NCBI GenBank assembly: GCA_964016885.1
Contig: OZ024743.1
Coordinates: 245,024,001-245,088,000 of the forward strand
Direction: 5' to 3'
DNA from: Eledone cirrhosa
Lineage: Eukaryota
DNA: 64,000 nucleotides
Shown here one piece after another: positions 24,471 through 35,492 of this stretch. The position numbers and the translations under genes are program-made. The notes beneath the pieces were generated by a model. The model was not told the DNA's origin. It was given only the letters and a program-made list of their open reading frames with translations, and did not search any database. Numbering within the stretch: the first letter of the stretch is position 1; every line of letters starts with the position of its first letter.

Positions 24471-24819
24471 AAAACAATTATGAATGAAATACAGAAGCAG
24501 AAACTAAGTACATTTCGCTGTTTATTTACGCTTCTGTTTTTTTTTTTACCCCTTTCACATAAAGCAGCGAATTAGCTCAAATCCCTGTGAGGTCAACCTT
24601 GCCTTTCATCCCTTTGAAGTAATTAAAAAAAAGTGCCAGCTCTGTACTGAGGTCGATTCTTCCTCTCTTTCACTCTTCTTTCACTCTCATTCTTTGGAGA
24701 GGGTATGGTAAATTACTATATTTAAATTGCCGTACATACATTACAAACATACAGGACTGTGTTTACCTGCTGAACATGAGTTCAATCACTCGCTTAGTGT
24801 ATCTATATATACTCTAGTT

Positions 24820-24992
24820 CAGTGGTTCTCAACCTTTTTTTACTCATGGACCCCTTTTTCCTTATTTTTTTGGGGGGTGGACCCCTCATAGCTATTCGAC
24901 AAAAGAAAAGCTTATTCTATTTTTTGCCTGTGGACCCCCAGGAATATTACATGGACCTGGTTGAGAACCATGGACCCGGTTGAGAACCACTG
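24820..24992. mobile_element. hAT-like MITE
   Basis: TIRs cagtggttctcaacc / ggttgagaaccactg with a perfect 8-bp TSD ctctagtt. Confidence 0.9.
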
Positions 24993-25693
24993 CTCTAGTT
25001 TAAGCTGAACAAGCAAATGATATTACGAGTAACTAATTAATACAAGGATATTCCAGACATGGACAATGGAATGAGAACATGGTTTAAATTAGTCATGGGC
25101 AAACTGTGGCCTGTTTGGCTTTCTGAATGGCACTCCTAATTTCAAAATTATCTTGAATTGTGTAGTTGTGCAGCCTGCCTTTTGATGAGCCACATCCTAT
25201 GCAGTCCACTGCTTGAAAAAGGCTCCCCATGTCTGGTTTAAATTAGTTGTTTGTTTTCAAGTTCTGAGAACATTACCGAATATGACATGGAGGGTACAAC
25301 AGCCAAAACACAGTAATTATCACAACCAAGATTAAGTCATTTGTCTCAATACATCACTTTGTAATAGCTTTTGATTTAGACACAAGACCCACAGTTTGGG
25401 GAGATGGAGGAATTCGATTAAATTGATCCAGTACATGACAGTTTATCGATCTGGAAGGATGAAAGACAAAATTAAGTTGATCTTGGCGGTACCTGAAACC
25501 AGACTAGTTGGTCACAACAAAATACTGCAATGCATTTCACTCGATGCACTAACAATTCTGCCAATCTGATAATCCCTTTCCTCCAACACTATGTTCTTTG
25601 TTCAAATCATGCTGGGGTAGATTATTGCTAGGTTAAAGGAAAGAAACTATACTAATTATAAAAATATGTGAATGCTTATGCTTTACTTTCCAG

Positions 25694-25891
25694 TGCTGGC
25701 TACAAACTGAACCGCTGTGTATCATTATTGGAAAACTTTGTGACTCAACACTGCTTACTGGATGTCATGTGGGAAGAGTGTATTGTGGAGAAGGGTTCCT
25801 TTCAACAGATTGACTATGTCAATCAAGAATTAGTTAATGCTATTATTTCATTGCCTTCAAGAACTGCCAATAAATTGAAAGATCAAAACAG
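25694..25891 (+). CDS. TELO2: TELO2 exon 2
   Basis: tttccag acceptor, AGYKLNRC...SLPSRTANKLKDQN, GTAAAT donor, phases 2/2. Confidence 0.9.
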
Positions 25892-26214
25892 GTAAATATT
25901 CTTTACATATAAGTTTGCTTTTAAAGTATGTAGTTTCTGGATCGACCCTGCTTCATGTTGCTTTGTGCTAGTGTTTTCTGTGGCAGCCATCATTTGTATA
26001 TGCATGTGTGTTTGTGTACACATCTTTGCATCCAAAACACTTTTCTTTACAATACTTAAAACTATGGGTTGGCTTGATGAAATGCATCTGGGCATAGAAA
26101 TTTGCCATGAATAAAGTGGAAAGCAAAACTTTATTACTAGGTATTCTTTTTTTTATGATAAAGGTGGTGAATTGACAGTCATTAAAGTACAAGACATAAT
26201 AGAACATTACCTAT

Positions 26215-26635
26215 GGTCATGAATCTTGGGTAATGACCAAAAGAATATGATCGGGAATACAAGCGGTTGAAATGGGATTCCTCCAAAGGGTCTTTAGAGT
26301 AACGTTACTTGATAGAGTGCATAGCTCAGAGATCAGAGAGTCACTCCAGTTAGAGCTGCTTCTTCTCCAAATTGAGAGATCACAGCTCCAATACTATGGA
26401 CATGTGGTCAGAATGTCTCAGGAAAGAATCGCTGGATAGATTTTATGGGCAAAACCAACCGGCAGGAGACTCAGGGGTAGACCCCAAGCAAGATGGTTGG
26501 ATAACATCCATGAGCTTGGCTGGTCTTGCTTGGGGATCCAATTGGAGATGGTTACTTCTGACAGGATCCACTGGAAGGAGTATTTGAGGACTCTGTCCCC
26601 ACAACCCTCTCAGGAATAAGTGGGCGAAAAAGAAT
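26215..26635 (+). mobile_element. RTE-clade LINE 3' fragment (degenerate)
   Basis: Translates to EMGFLQRVFRVTLLDRVHSSEIRESL..IERSQLQYYGHVVRM, an RTE ORF C-terminal signature. Confidence 0.75.
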
Positions 26636-26636
26636 A

Positions 26637-26683
<47 letters not shown>

Positions 26684-27190
26684 CATATATATATACATAC
26701 ATATATAGATTTTAGCTATCACTGCATGCATTAATTAATTTTACATATATTGGTGCAGGTATGGTTGTGTGGTTAAGTAGTTCACTTCACTAACATGTGA
26801 TTCCAAGCTCAATCATACTGCACAGTATCTTGGACAAGCGTCTTCCAATATAGCTTCTTGTTGATCACTACCTTGTGAGCTGAATTTGATCGACAGAAAC
26901 TGAAGAAGCTGGTCAGATATATATATATATATATATACACACATATTTGACCAGCTCGATCAACAAGAGGATATATGATTGAGCCCGGAATCACATGGTA
27001 TATATGTAAAGTTTGTTAATGCAAGCCATGATGGCTAAAATCTATGTTTGTCTCATAGTATACATGAAAAACTAACACTTTTAATGCATCTATAGTTTAC
27101 TTAATAGAATTTGATTGTGTTTGGAAGAATTCCTTATTATTCTTTTAAATTCTACCAGATCCTTTCTCAACCTGAAATCTTCCATTGCAG

Positions 27191-27345
27191 TTTACACTTT
27201 TACCCAACATCCTTCACTAAACTGCTATGCCAAGATATGTTACAAGCTCTGCACAAGGTTCACCAAACACTTAGTAACTGTGAGGACATTTCTCTTGTGT
27301 TTATCTGTCATTTATTTGCTTCACTCTGTTCATCTGGATATTCAG
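27191..27345 (+). CDS. TELO2: TELO2 exon 3
   Basis: ttgcag acceptor, LHFYPTSFTKLL...LCSSGYS, GTAACT donor, phases 2/1. Confidence 0.88.
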
Positions 27346-28159
27346 GTAACTATCATTTTTATATATTTATGTATGCAGGGAATAAGTACATATAGTCAGT
27401 GCACTCTGAAGGTGGTTGGTGAAAGGAAGTATAGCTATAGAAAACCTACCAAACAAAGGAACGGTGGACTCTTCTGCTGTGTTAAATGCATAACTTCCCT
27501 AATGCTGGTACCATAATGAAATGTACTCAGTAGATCACAGAATTGTATGTAAGGGAGATGCAGACCCTAGCATATGTGAGAGATCAGTAGCTTCATTTGA
27601 GGGTCTGTTCAACCCTCGCTAGCAGGGAAAGCAAACATATGATGAGGATGAAGGTAATGATGATGTGGCTGTTATTTGAGTTAATTTGAGAATTTGGAGA
27701 GATTTAGGAAAATTAATTATTTCATTATCAAGACTAGCAGAAAAACCACCCTCGGGTGCTAGCATGTGTAGTGTGTATATTGATATTAATAATAATAATA
27801 ATAATGAAATTATTGTGTACAGTGCTCAGGTGCACTACAACTCATCAATACGCAAGTATATATGCATGTAGATATGATCAAATATAATCGTAATTGAAAA
27901 TATACACAGAAATTGTACGAAGTCTGTGTTACACTGTCTTATGTAATCAGTAACGTAATCCATGATACATTAAAAAAAGACAATATTATATATAAACTGC
28001 ATTAGGAGAAAATTAGTGACAGAAATATATGTATGTTTATTTAAGCGATCGCTTTTAAAATTTTAAAGAAGTGAATCTTTAAAGAAGTAATAAAATATAT
28101 CTAATGAACAGCCATGAAATTTAGTAGATAAATTATATAATATTCGTTCATTATTTATT

Positions 28160-28338
28160 GGCAGTATTGGTAGAGCGTCGGACGCCATGCTTTGACGCAT
28201 AGAGTTACGGCCCTTGCCATTCTGAGTTCAAATCCCGCCGAGGTTAACTTTGCCTTTCATCCTTACGGGGTCGATAAAAATAAAGTACCAGTAATGTACT
28301 GGGTAATTGCTGGCCTTGTGCCAATAGAAACAATTATT
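28160..28338 (+). mobile_element. tRNA-derived SINE, family A
   Basis: A-box-like ggcagtattggtagagc, B-box gagttcaaatcc, core gcctttcatccttacggggtcgataaaaataaagtacc. More than 10 related copies in the window (e.g. 30635-30795, 44799-44905, 50040-50205). Confidence 0.88.
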
Positions 28339-28809
28339 TATTCAAAGTAATCCAACTTATTTTACTAAGGGAATAAAAAATTATAAACCATACGCAGTCC
28401 CGCGCTTCTTACTTTATTATAGTTTAGATGGTATTTGTGCCATAATTTAACAAAAGGTTCTTTTAATTTTAATAGGAACCATTTAGAATGGGTGGTTTTG
28501 TTTCATAGAACCAGGGTCAATTTTGGGTGGGTTGATATCAAAAGGTGTAATCTCATAAGACAATAGACAGGGAAGAACTTGATTTCTATAGAGGAAGCTT
28601 CAACTGGAGGAAGTTATAGAAATTGTTTAAAAATATATAGAATCTGTATGAAAATATATAAAAAAATTAATAACCAAATGAAACAAGGAATGGACAAACT
28701 AAGTTTTTTCTCAACACAATACTAATGTTATTGTTCCATTGATTAGCAGTGATGAATTAATTGATAATATTTTAATATAAATGATATTTTACATTATTAA
28801 CTGCAGTTT

Positions 28810-29035
28810 GAGAGAGAAAAGAGAAATAGATCTTGAGAAATAATCCCAGAAACAGGTTCTGAAAAATAACTGCAGAAACTGGCCTTGAGAAATAAACCCA
28901 GGAATAGGGCCTTGAAAATAAATCCAGAAACAGGGCTTATTAAGAAATAACCCCAAACGTATAGCCTTGAGAAATAATTCCATACATAAACAGAGCTTTG
29001 AGAAATTACTGCAGAAACATATCCCAGACACTTAT
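28810..29035 (+). repeat. Degenerate ~28-30-bp tandem repeat (gagaaataa.cccagaaacagg..ctt)
   Basis: About 7-8 diverged copies just upstream of TELO2 exon 4. Confidence 0.7.
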
Positions 29036-29172
29036 TGTAGAATCTAATTTCAGGAGATGAAATGCCTGCTAGCAAGTGATGGATGTGTAATCTGAGTTTT
29101 CTCAATTAGCCAATTTTACTAATTTTTTTTAATGCTGATAATGTCTAATAAATGGTGGTTGTTATCTTTCAG

Positions 29173-29320
29173 ATGAAATGTGGAGTGGAATCCTATCTGA
29201 ACTGATGAAGAATGTCCAAGAGAGCTTTCTGTGGCAACGTATATGTAAACGGCTTGTGACGGGAGCTCCGGACCGTTCCATTGAAAGTGTGATTGTACCA
29301 CTCCTGTTGAAAATTCCATG
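29173..29320 (+). CDS. TELO2: TELO2 exon 4
   Basis: tctttcag acceptor, DEMWSGIL...FLWQRICKRLVTGAPDRSIESV..KIPW, GT donor, phases 1/2. Confidence 0.88.
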
Positions 29321-29966
29321 GTACTTTATTTTTTAGTTGTCATGTTTATTGTACCATTCCTGTTGAAAATTCCATGGTATGTGACACCATCACTAGGGAG
29401 GTATTCATGTCCATGGCACAGTTGAAGAGGCCTCCTGACCTTTCATTTCACTGGAATTCTCTGGCTGGATGCCCTTCTTACACCAACTATTCCATAGAGT
29501 GTACAGAAGTGGTACAATAAACACTATGATAATCAAGTCAATACATACCATAGAATAGGCTACATAGCTTCACATTTTGGGGGAGTATATAGGAGGACTA
29601 ATCTATCCTGTGTTTATTTAACCCTTTTACTATATTTCTAATAAAAGACACTATGTGTTTCAATTAATTTTTGAAAATAATCTAAAATTTGGAGTAATTT
29701 AATAATGTAACTAATTTTTCTCATTATTAAATTGATGTTTAGAACAATTAATGAAACAAAACTTTTTTACATAACGCTATGATAAAAAAAACCAGGGTGG
29801 TTTCAGGTGTGTTGGTATCAAAAAGGTTAAGTGTGATTTGAAGCAGATTTAACTGCTATTTCTAGTAACTTGAGTGAGCAAATAGGAGCTCTCAAGTTGA
29901 ATTGTAAATTATAATATTTCTTGCCACTGTAAAATATTGTCATCTAATATGTTTTGTTATTGGCAG

Positions 29967-30069
29967 GTATGGTATTGTTGAGATGTTTCTAGGTGATGTG
30001 ATACTGGAGAGACCCAAAGTCAAGTATTTACTCTGTACTAAGATCTTACTACATCGATACTTTACCAAT
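29967..30069 (+). CDS. TELO2: TELO2 exon 5
   Basis: ggcag acceptor, YGIVEMFLGDVILERPKVKYLLCTKILLHRYFTN, GTAAGG donor, phases 2/0. Confidence 0.9.
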
Positions 30070-30190
30070 GTAAGGACACAATATCATTTTATTGTTTTTT
30101 TAATATTTTTTATACTCATTCATGGGGTCTTTCTTGAGGCAGTATTTTACAGCCTTTCCTGGCATCAAATCTTTTAGTTTCTCTTATGAA

Positions 30191-30225
<35 letters not shown>

Positions 30226-31656
30226 CGTAAACAACACGGTTATTGCTCCAACCAGTCTATTCATCATCGTTAACTACCCTAAATATACATACACTACACA
30301 AATATACACCATATATATAGAACACGCAAGCAATCATCAAATAACCGATATGTAAATTCTGCACTCAGAAAACGAAGCCAACATTAAACAAAGTGGACAA
30401 GACCATCAGATTCCAAACTCATAAAAATGACATTCGTAAAAACCAAGTCAAACATGAACTAAGTGTCTATATTAGAGCTAAGACGTCTTCCATAATCCCT
30501 ACCTCAGACATTATCCATATATCCCAACCTTTAACCCATCCTAAAGTGAGTATGAGGGAGATGGACTTTTTCAAGCTGCAGCTGTCAAGTTACATTGTTT
30601 CTGTATAAGAATAGACAGTAAACAATATCCATTGTCGGACGCCATGCTTTCCAGCATAGTTACGTCCCTTTACGGTCTGAGTTCAAATCCCGCCGAGGTT
30701 TACTTTGCCTTTCATCCTTGCGGGGTCGATAAAATAAAGTACCAGTAATGCACTGGGTAATTGCTGGCCTTGTCCCTAAAGTAGAAACAATTATTACCTG
30801 TAACAACTTTCTCCTGTATACCCTTGACCTTAAACTTTCAAGCCATTCCCCAAGATGGTGTGACATCGTACATTGGGAGGCTCAGGCTTCAAATAAACAT
30901 AATATACATACTTGTAAGTAAAACTTAATTAAGATTAAATAAAATACTAGGCTATTTAAGAAAAAAGAACAAAATGATTATGAGATGGAGAATTCAAGAA
31001 GTCTAGTTCTAAATTTATTAAAAAATAAGTGAAATGAATCCATGATGAAAAATATAAATATGATATCAAAAAATAATATAACCAAAAGGTGATTATATAT
31101 ACACACGAATGTAAACCCCATTTAAGATTAATTAAAATATACAAGCATAAAATATATATATACATAAGCATAATGTATACAAGTATAAAATATTCAACCA
31201 TGTAATCAGAAAACTAAATTTTAACTAAACAAGACTTCCCCATCTGTTTTGTCTGGTGGTTGCCGACCAAGTAAGAGAATCAGTACTTTGGTACTATTCT
31301 CCGATGTTTTTGATCAAGTAACAGTAAATCAAATACCAACAATGGTTTATAGAATTTTATTACCCCTAAACAAAGCTATATTCTAAGCAGGTCATAGCAT
31401 ACAGTTTAAAGTTCTACAGTTTCAATGTAAAATTACACATATACCAAAATTTACTTAGATCTCAAGCAAATAAATATAATTAAGAATAAATTAAAATAAA
31501 TTAAAATAAATTCAGACCATAAGCTTTCTAAAGCTAACTGAAATCAACCCCACTTTAAAAAAAAAAAATGTTGGCATTTTTCTTGAATATCTTATGCTTC
31601 TACCACCTTAAGACAAATAAGTTAAATTTCAAAGTCCTATGTCTCTCATTTGCAAA

Positions 31657-32640
31657 CTAGAAATAACCCTGAATTTTCCCCCAAATCTCCCTATTAGCAC
31701 CAAGGCAGCTACGAAAATGCTGTATTAGAAATTTCTCTTTGTATCCCTGTTCTACCATATGTTTTAAAAGTTTATTCACTACCTCCGTAAAAACATTTAT
31801 CTGGCTACTTATTCTACCATAGCATATAACTTGGCTAGAAAATATGTATCCTAAATATATTGGTGCACAGCTAGATGCAGAGGGCATCCAAGCCACTTTT
31901 ACCTTTAGCATTTGCAGTACTTTACATTTACTATTGTATTTTCACGGAAAAAACTTTATCTCACATAATATCGAATCTATGAGATTCTGATATTATTTAT
32001 TTTGAGACTAATACCTTAACATCAGTATGAGTGGCCAGTTACAGCTAGTTTGAACAGAAAGAGGTGAGAGAATTCTGGCCGGATATAGCCGGTTTAAATG
32101 CTAAAGGGTTAAAGCTAAAGTCTTTAGTTTTATTGTAGACCTTTGTCACTATAGTCTCGCCTTCTGTTCGATAACGACGTCTAAATAATTAACCGTGCTA
32201 ACATTACACCTATTCTTATTCACCTCTAAACTCTTCATGTAGATCTTGTGTAGCAAACCCTTAAAATGCCTATAATTAGGAACAAATATATCATCGACAT
32301 ACCTACAACATCCACCCAACTGCCTAATTAGGCCTATTCTCTTAAGCTTCCTTAGCTCCTCTAGATATTCAAACACACAGGAGGATAAATATAAATCCAC
32401 AAAGGGTGAGCTACAGTTCCTGTCCATTGGTATGCCTCATGCCTGTCTGAAAACATTACCTGCGAATGTAATGTAAGAACTATCCACAATAAACCGAACT
32501 GCCTGCATGAGTTTAACCTTAGTCCAATTAGCAAATCCGCTGTACCTTACTCTAGACATGAAGCCCTTGCCATTCTTGAAGGAAACTTAATTAAATTTAT
32601 TACCAAAAACCAGGTTTATTATACTACCCACCCCATCAGC
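31657..32640 (-). mobile_element. Degenerate Penelope-like RT fragment of a second clade, interrupted by a piggyBac-like MITE (~31900-32112)
   Basis: GIPM..NCS..DLYL, RYVDD, NYLDV and a C-terminal FSSQVICYGR...EQGY motif, with frameshifts. Confidence 0.72.
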
Positions 32641-33277
32641 TGATTAACATTCCCTAGAGTCAGCTTTGTATGTTCCATTACCACTAAAGTTATAATTAAC
32701 ATCACATCCTAAATCCCTAGCTAGTAGTATTTTTGGCATGAATGGGACTACCCAGTCCTACGCTGTAAATATGGTGTGGTGTTAGGAAAGGCATCCAGCT
32801 AAAACATGGTCCCACTATGAGCAAGGTTTGGTGTGGACAACTGTTGATCAGGCCTTCCTCATAACGAGACCACCCAGCTCTAAAAATACAGTTCTGCTAT
32901 GAGTAGGGTATGGTACGCTAAACTGGCCTGACCCTCCTCATAACAGGACCACCCAGTTCCACAGTGTAAACGTGGTTGGTGTTAGGAAGGCCATGCAACT
33001 GTAAAAAAGCTGGCCAAAACATAGTTCCATTTGAGCAAGTTATGGCGCGGCCAACTTGGCCAAACTTGTCTCGTAACATGGACAACCTGTTTAACCCATG
33101 CAAGTGTGGAAAAATAGGTGTTAAATGGTGATGCTGAAGATGATGATATATATATATTTATATACACACACATACACAAACACATATGATAACAACCACC
33201 CCACTCATACCAGCATAGAAAACAAACATATGATGATGATTATATATATATATTGTTCTTATTTTTTAACATTCCAG

Positions 33278-33346
33278 GCATTATTGCTTCAAAATATCCT
33301 TGGTTATTTGGCTTCTTCTCCCAACCGACGTCCTCTATTCTTAGAG
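33278..33346 (+). CDS. TELO2: TELO2 exon 6
   Basis: ttccag acceptor, ALLLQNILGYLASSPNRRPLFLE, GTAAGT donor, phases 0/0. Confidence 0.9.
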
Positions 33347-34080
33347 GTAAGTACAGCATCTCTCTGTGAACTGACTAAAGTCTCCTCTCAATGCATTTTA
33401 CGTATCTGTCATATTTAGGTAGAGTCTGATGTCACACTGATGAGATCCAGTTAAGATTGGAATCTGTATATTTGATTGAAGTTATATGATTTTTAAAAAA
33501 ATCATTACTAACTAGAATATATATGATCCTATAGTTGAATTTTATTGTTAATTAATGTTTTTTTGCTGTAAAATAGGGAAGTATTAAATAGTTTCTCTGC
33601 GCCTTACAAAAATAAAATGAAGCTTGTTACGCTTAACAAATGTGATTTGTTTTCCTCCCAGATAAAGGTAATTAAATTAGTTTCCATCTTAATCCCAAAT
33701 CATTATAGGACATTATGGTAGGACTGAGGCCCTTATCATTAAACACTCAAGGAACCTTTTATGAAATTTAACCTCATGAGAGTCCAGCTAAATTTATGCT
33801 GGTGTGAGCAGCTGCAACAACATTATAGGACATTACTATCCCTCTAAGGAATTTACACCTCCACTATGTGAATATATAGTGAAGATGCATGAGTAACTGC
33901 TGGTCTTTCACAAAACACCTTGCCCAGGCTTGTGCCATGGAGAGGAACTTTCCATGTGCAAACCTATAGGGCCTCTAAATGTGAATACTCCTCATGATCC
34001 ATACTGCTATGGAATAGTAAATACATTGGATTTGGGTGTGGAACCAATTCTTATCATTTTATTTATTTATTTTCTTTCAG

Positions 34081-34222
34081 GTGACCAAAAATCTTGTGAA
34101 TGTGTGGGGTGACACAAGTGCCATACGGCACACCTCCTATGAACAACAGTACTATATTTCATCTGCTATTGTCATCTGCAATGGTTTCCTCTCTGATAAA
34201 GAAGACCATTCCCTACGGAAAG
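34081..34222 (+). CDS. TELO2: TELO2 exon 7
   Basis: tttcag acceptor, VTKNLVNVWGDTSAIRHTSYEQQ..., GTATGT donor, phases 0/1. Confidence 0.92.
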
Positions 34223-35492
34223 GTATGTTCTGTGTGTGTATGTATGTATTTATATCATCACCATTATTGCTTTATAATAATAATAATAATGAAATTATTA
34301 TGTAAAGTGCTCAGGTACACTACAACTCGTCAAAGGTGCATGTATAGTACATAGAATAATATACAAATGTCAGGGAAGTGAATAGTGTATGAGTCATGAT
34401 ATACATGTGTGTATGTGTATGGAGGGGGAACATTAGGTGTAGTGTTGGCGAATCTCGGGAAGCATGGTACATCCATTTTCCCAGCTAGCAAGGGTTCAAC
34501 AGGTTGTCACAAACCAATTCAGTAATTAATTAGAGCTACTGACGTCTCAGACTGGCTGGGAGTCACATCTTACTTAGATATGTTCCAGCACTTTATAGAG
34601 TGAACTGGGTGTGTTTTCACCATCATTTAATGTCTGTTTTTCCTTAGTGTATGTATAGTGTTAATGCTAGTGTCAATAAATGCACTCAGTATACTCTGTA
34701 AAGTGGTAGTGATGGTGCCACAATAGAATCCACTTAGTATATACTGTAAAGTGGTTGGCATTCACCTGTAGAAACCATACCAAAATATGGAATGTATGAG
34801 CAAGATGTGTGTCTCTGACCTGTCTAATTGTGGACTGTGATAGACTAACCAACCTTTGCTCATATGGAAGATGGGCATAAAATAATGATGATGATGATAG
34901 TGCATGACTCAGTTGAATATTTCCCTGTAGAGGGAAAGATTAGATACTCTCCAATTTATATTCCTTATGAAGCTTTTTATGATTACAAGGGGATGGTTAG
35001 AGTTTCTGTTGATATAAGCAATACACTCACTTGGCTGTCTAAAATATTAATGACTCAGCTGTGAAGTAGAGGTGGTACCTATTGTCTGCCAGTCAAGCTG
35101 ATGCAAACAGTAATGTAAGACAAAAATGTTTATTTGTATTGAAAATATTGCAAATTGTGTCATAATCATCATCATTATGTCCATTTGTCATGCTGGTATA
35201 GGTTAGACGGGTCCCCATGTGCTGAGACTAGACAGCACTATTACTTTACGGGGTTGATTAGGTGTATAACACCACCACTACCATTTTACAGGGTGAACTG
35301 GGTGCATTTTATTATGGCCCCAGCACTACAAATTTACTGAGTATACTGGATACATTTTATTGTGGAATCAGTACTATCACTTTACAGTAAGTATTTTCTT
35401 ATCTAGTGACATCTGTCATGTATGGTGTGATTTTCATCTGATCTGTAAATTTAATGGCATCTCTGTAGAAGTAGGTACATTTATTTGGTACA

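Noticed and set aside
27159-27190. Alternative upstream acceptor for TELO2 exon 3 (taccag)
   Set aside because: It is 32 nt upstream of the chosen site and out of frame with the conserved peptide.
29198-29290. CTGATGA...GAAA motif
   Set aside because: It lies inside TELO2 exon 4 coding sequence and lacks flanking helices.
33435-33475. ctgatgagatccagttaagattggaatc as a hammerhead
   Set aside because: The GAAA box is altered and no convincing stem I or III pairing can be drawn.
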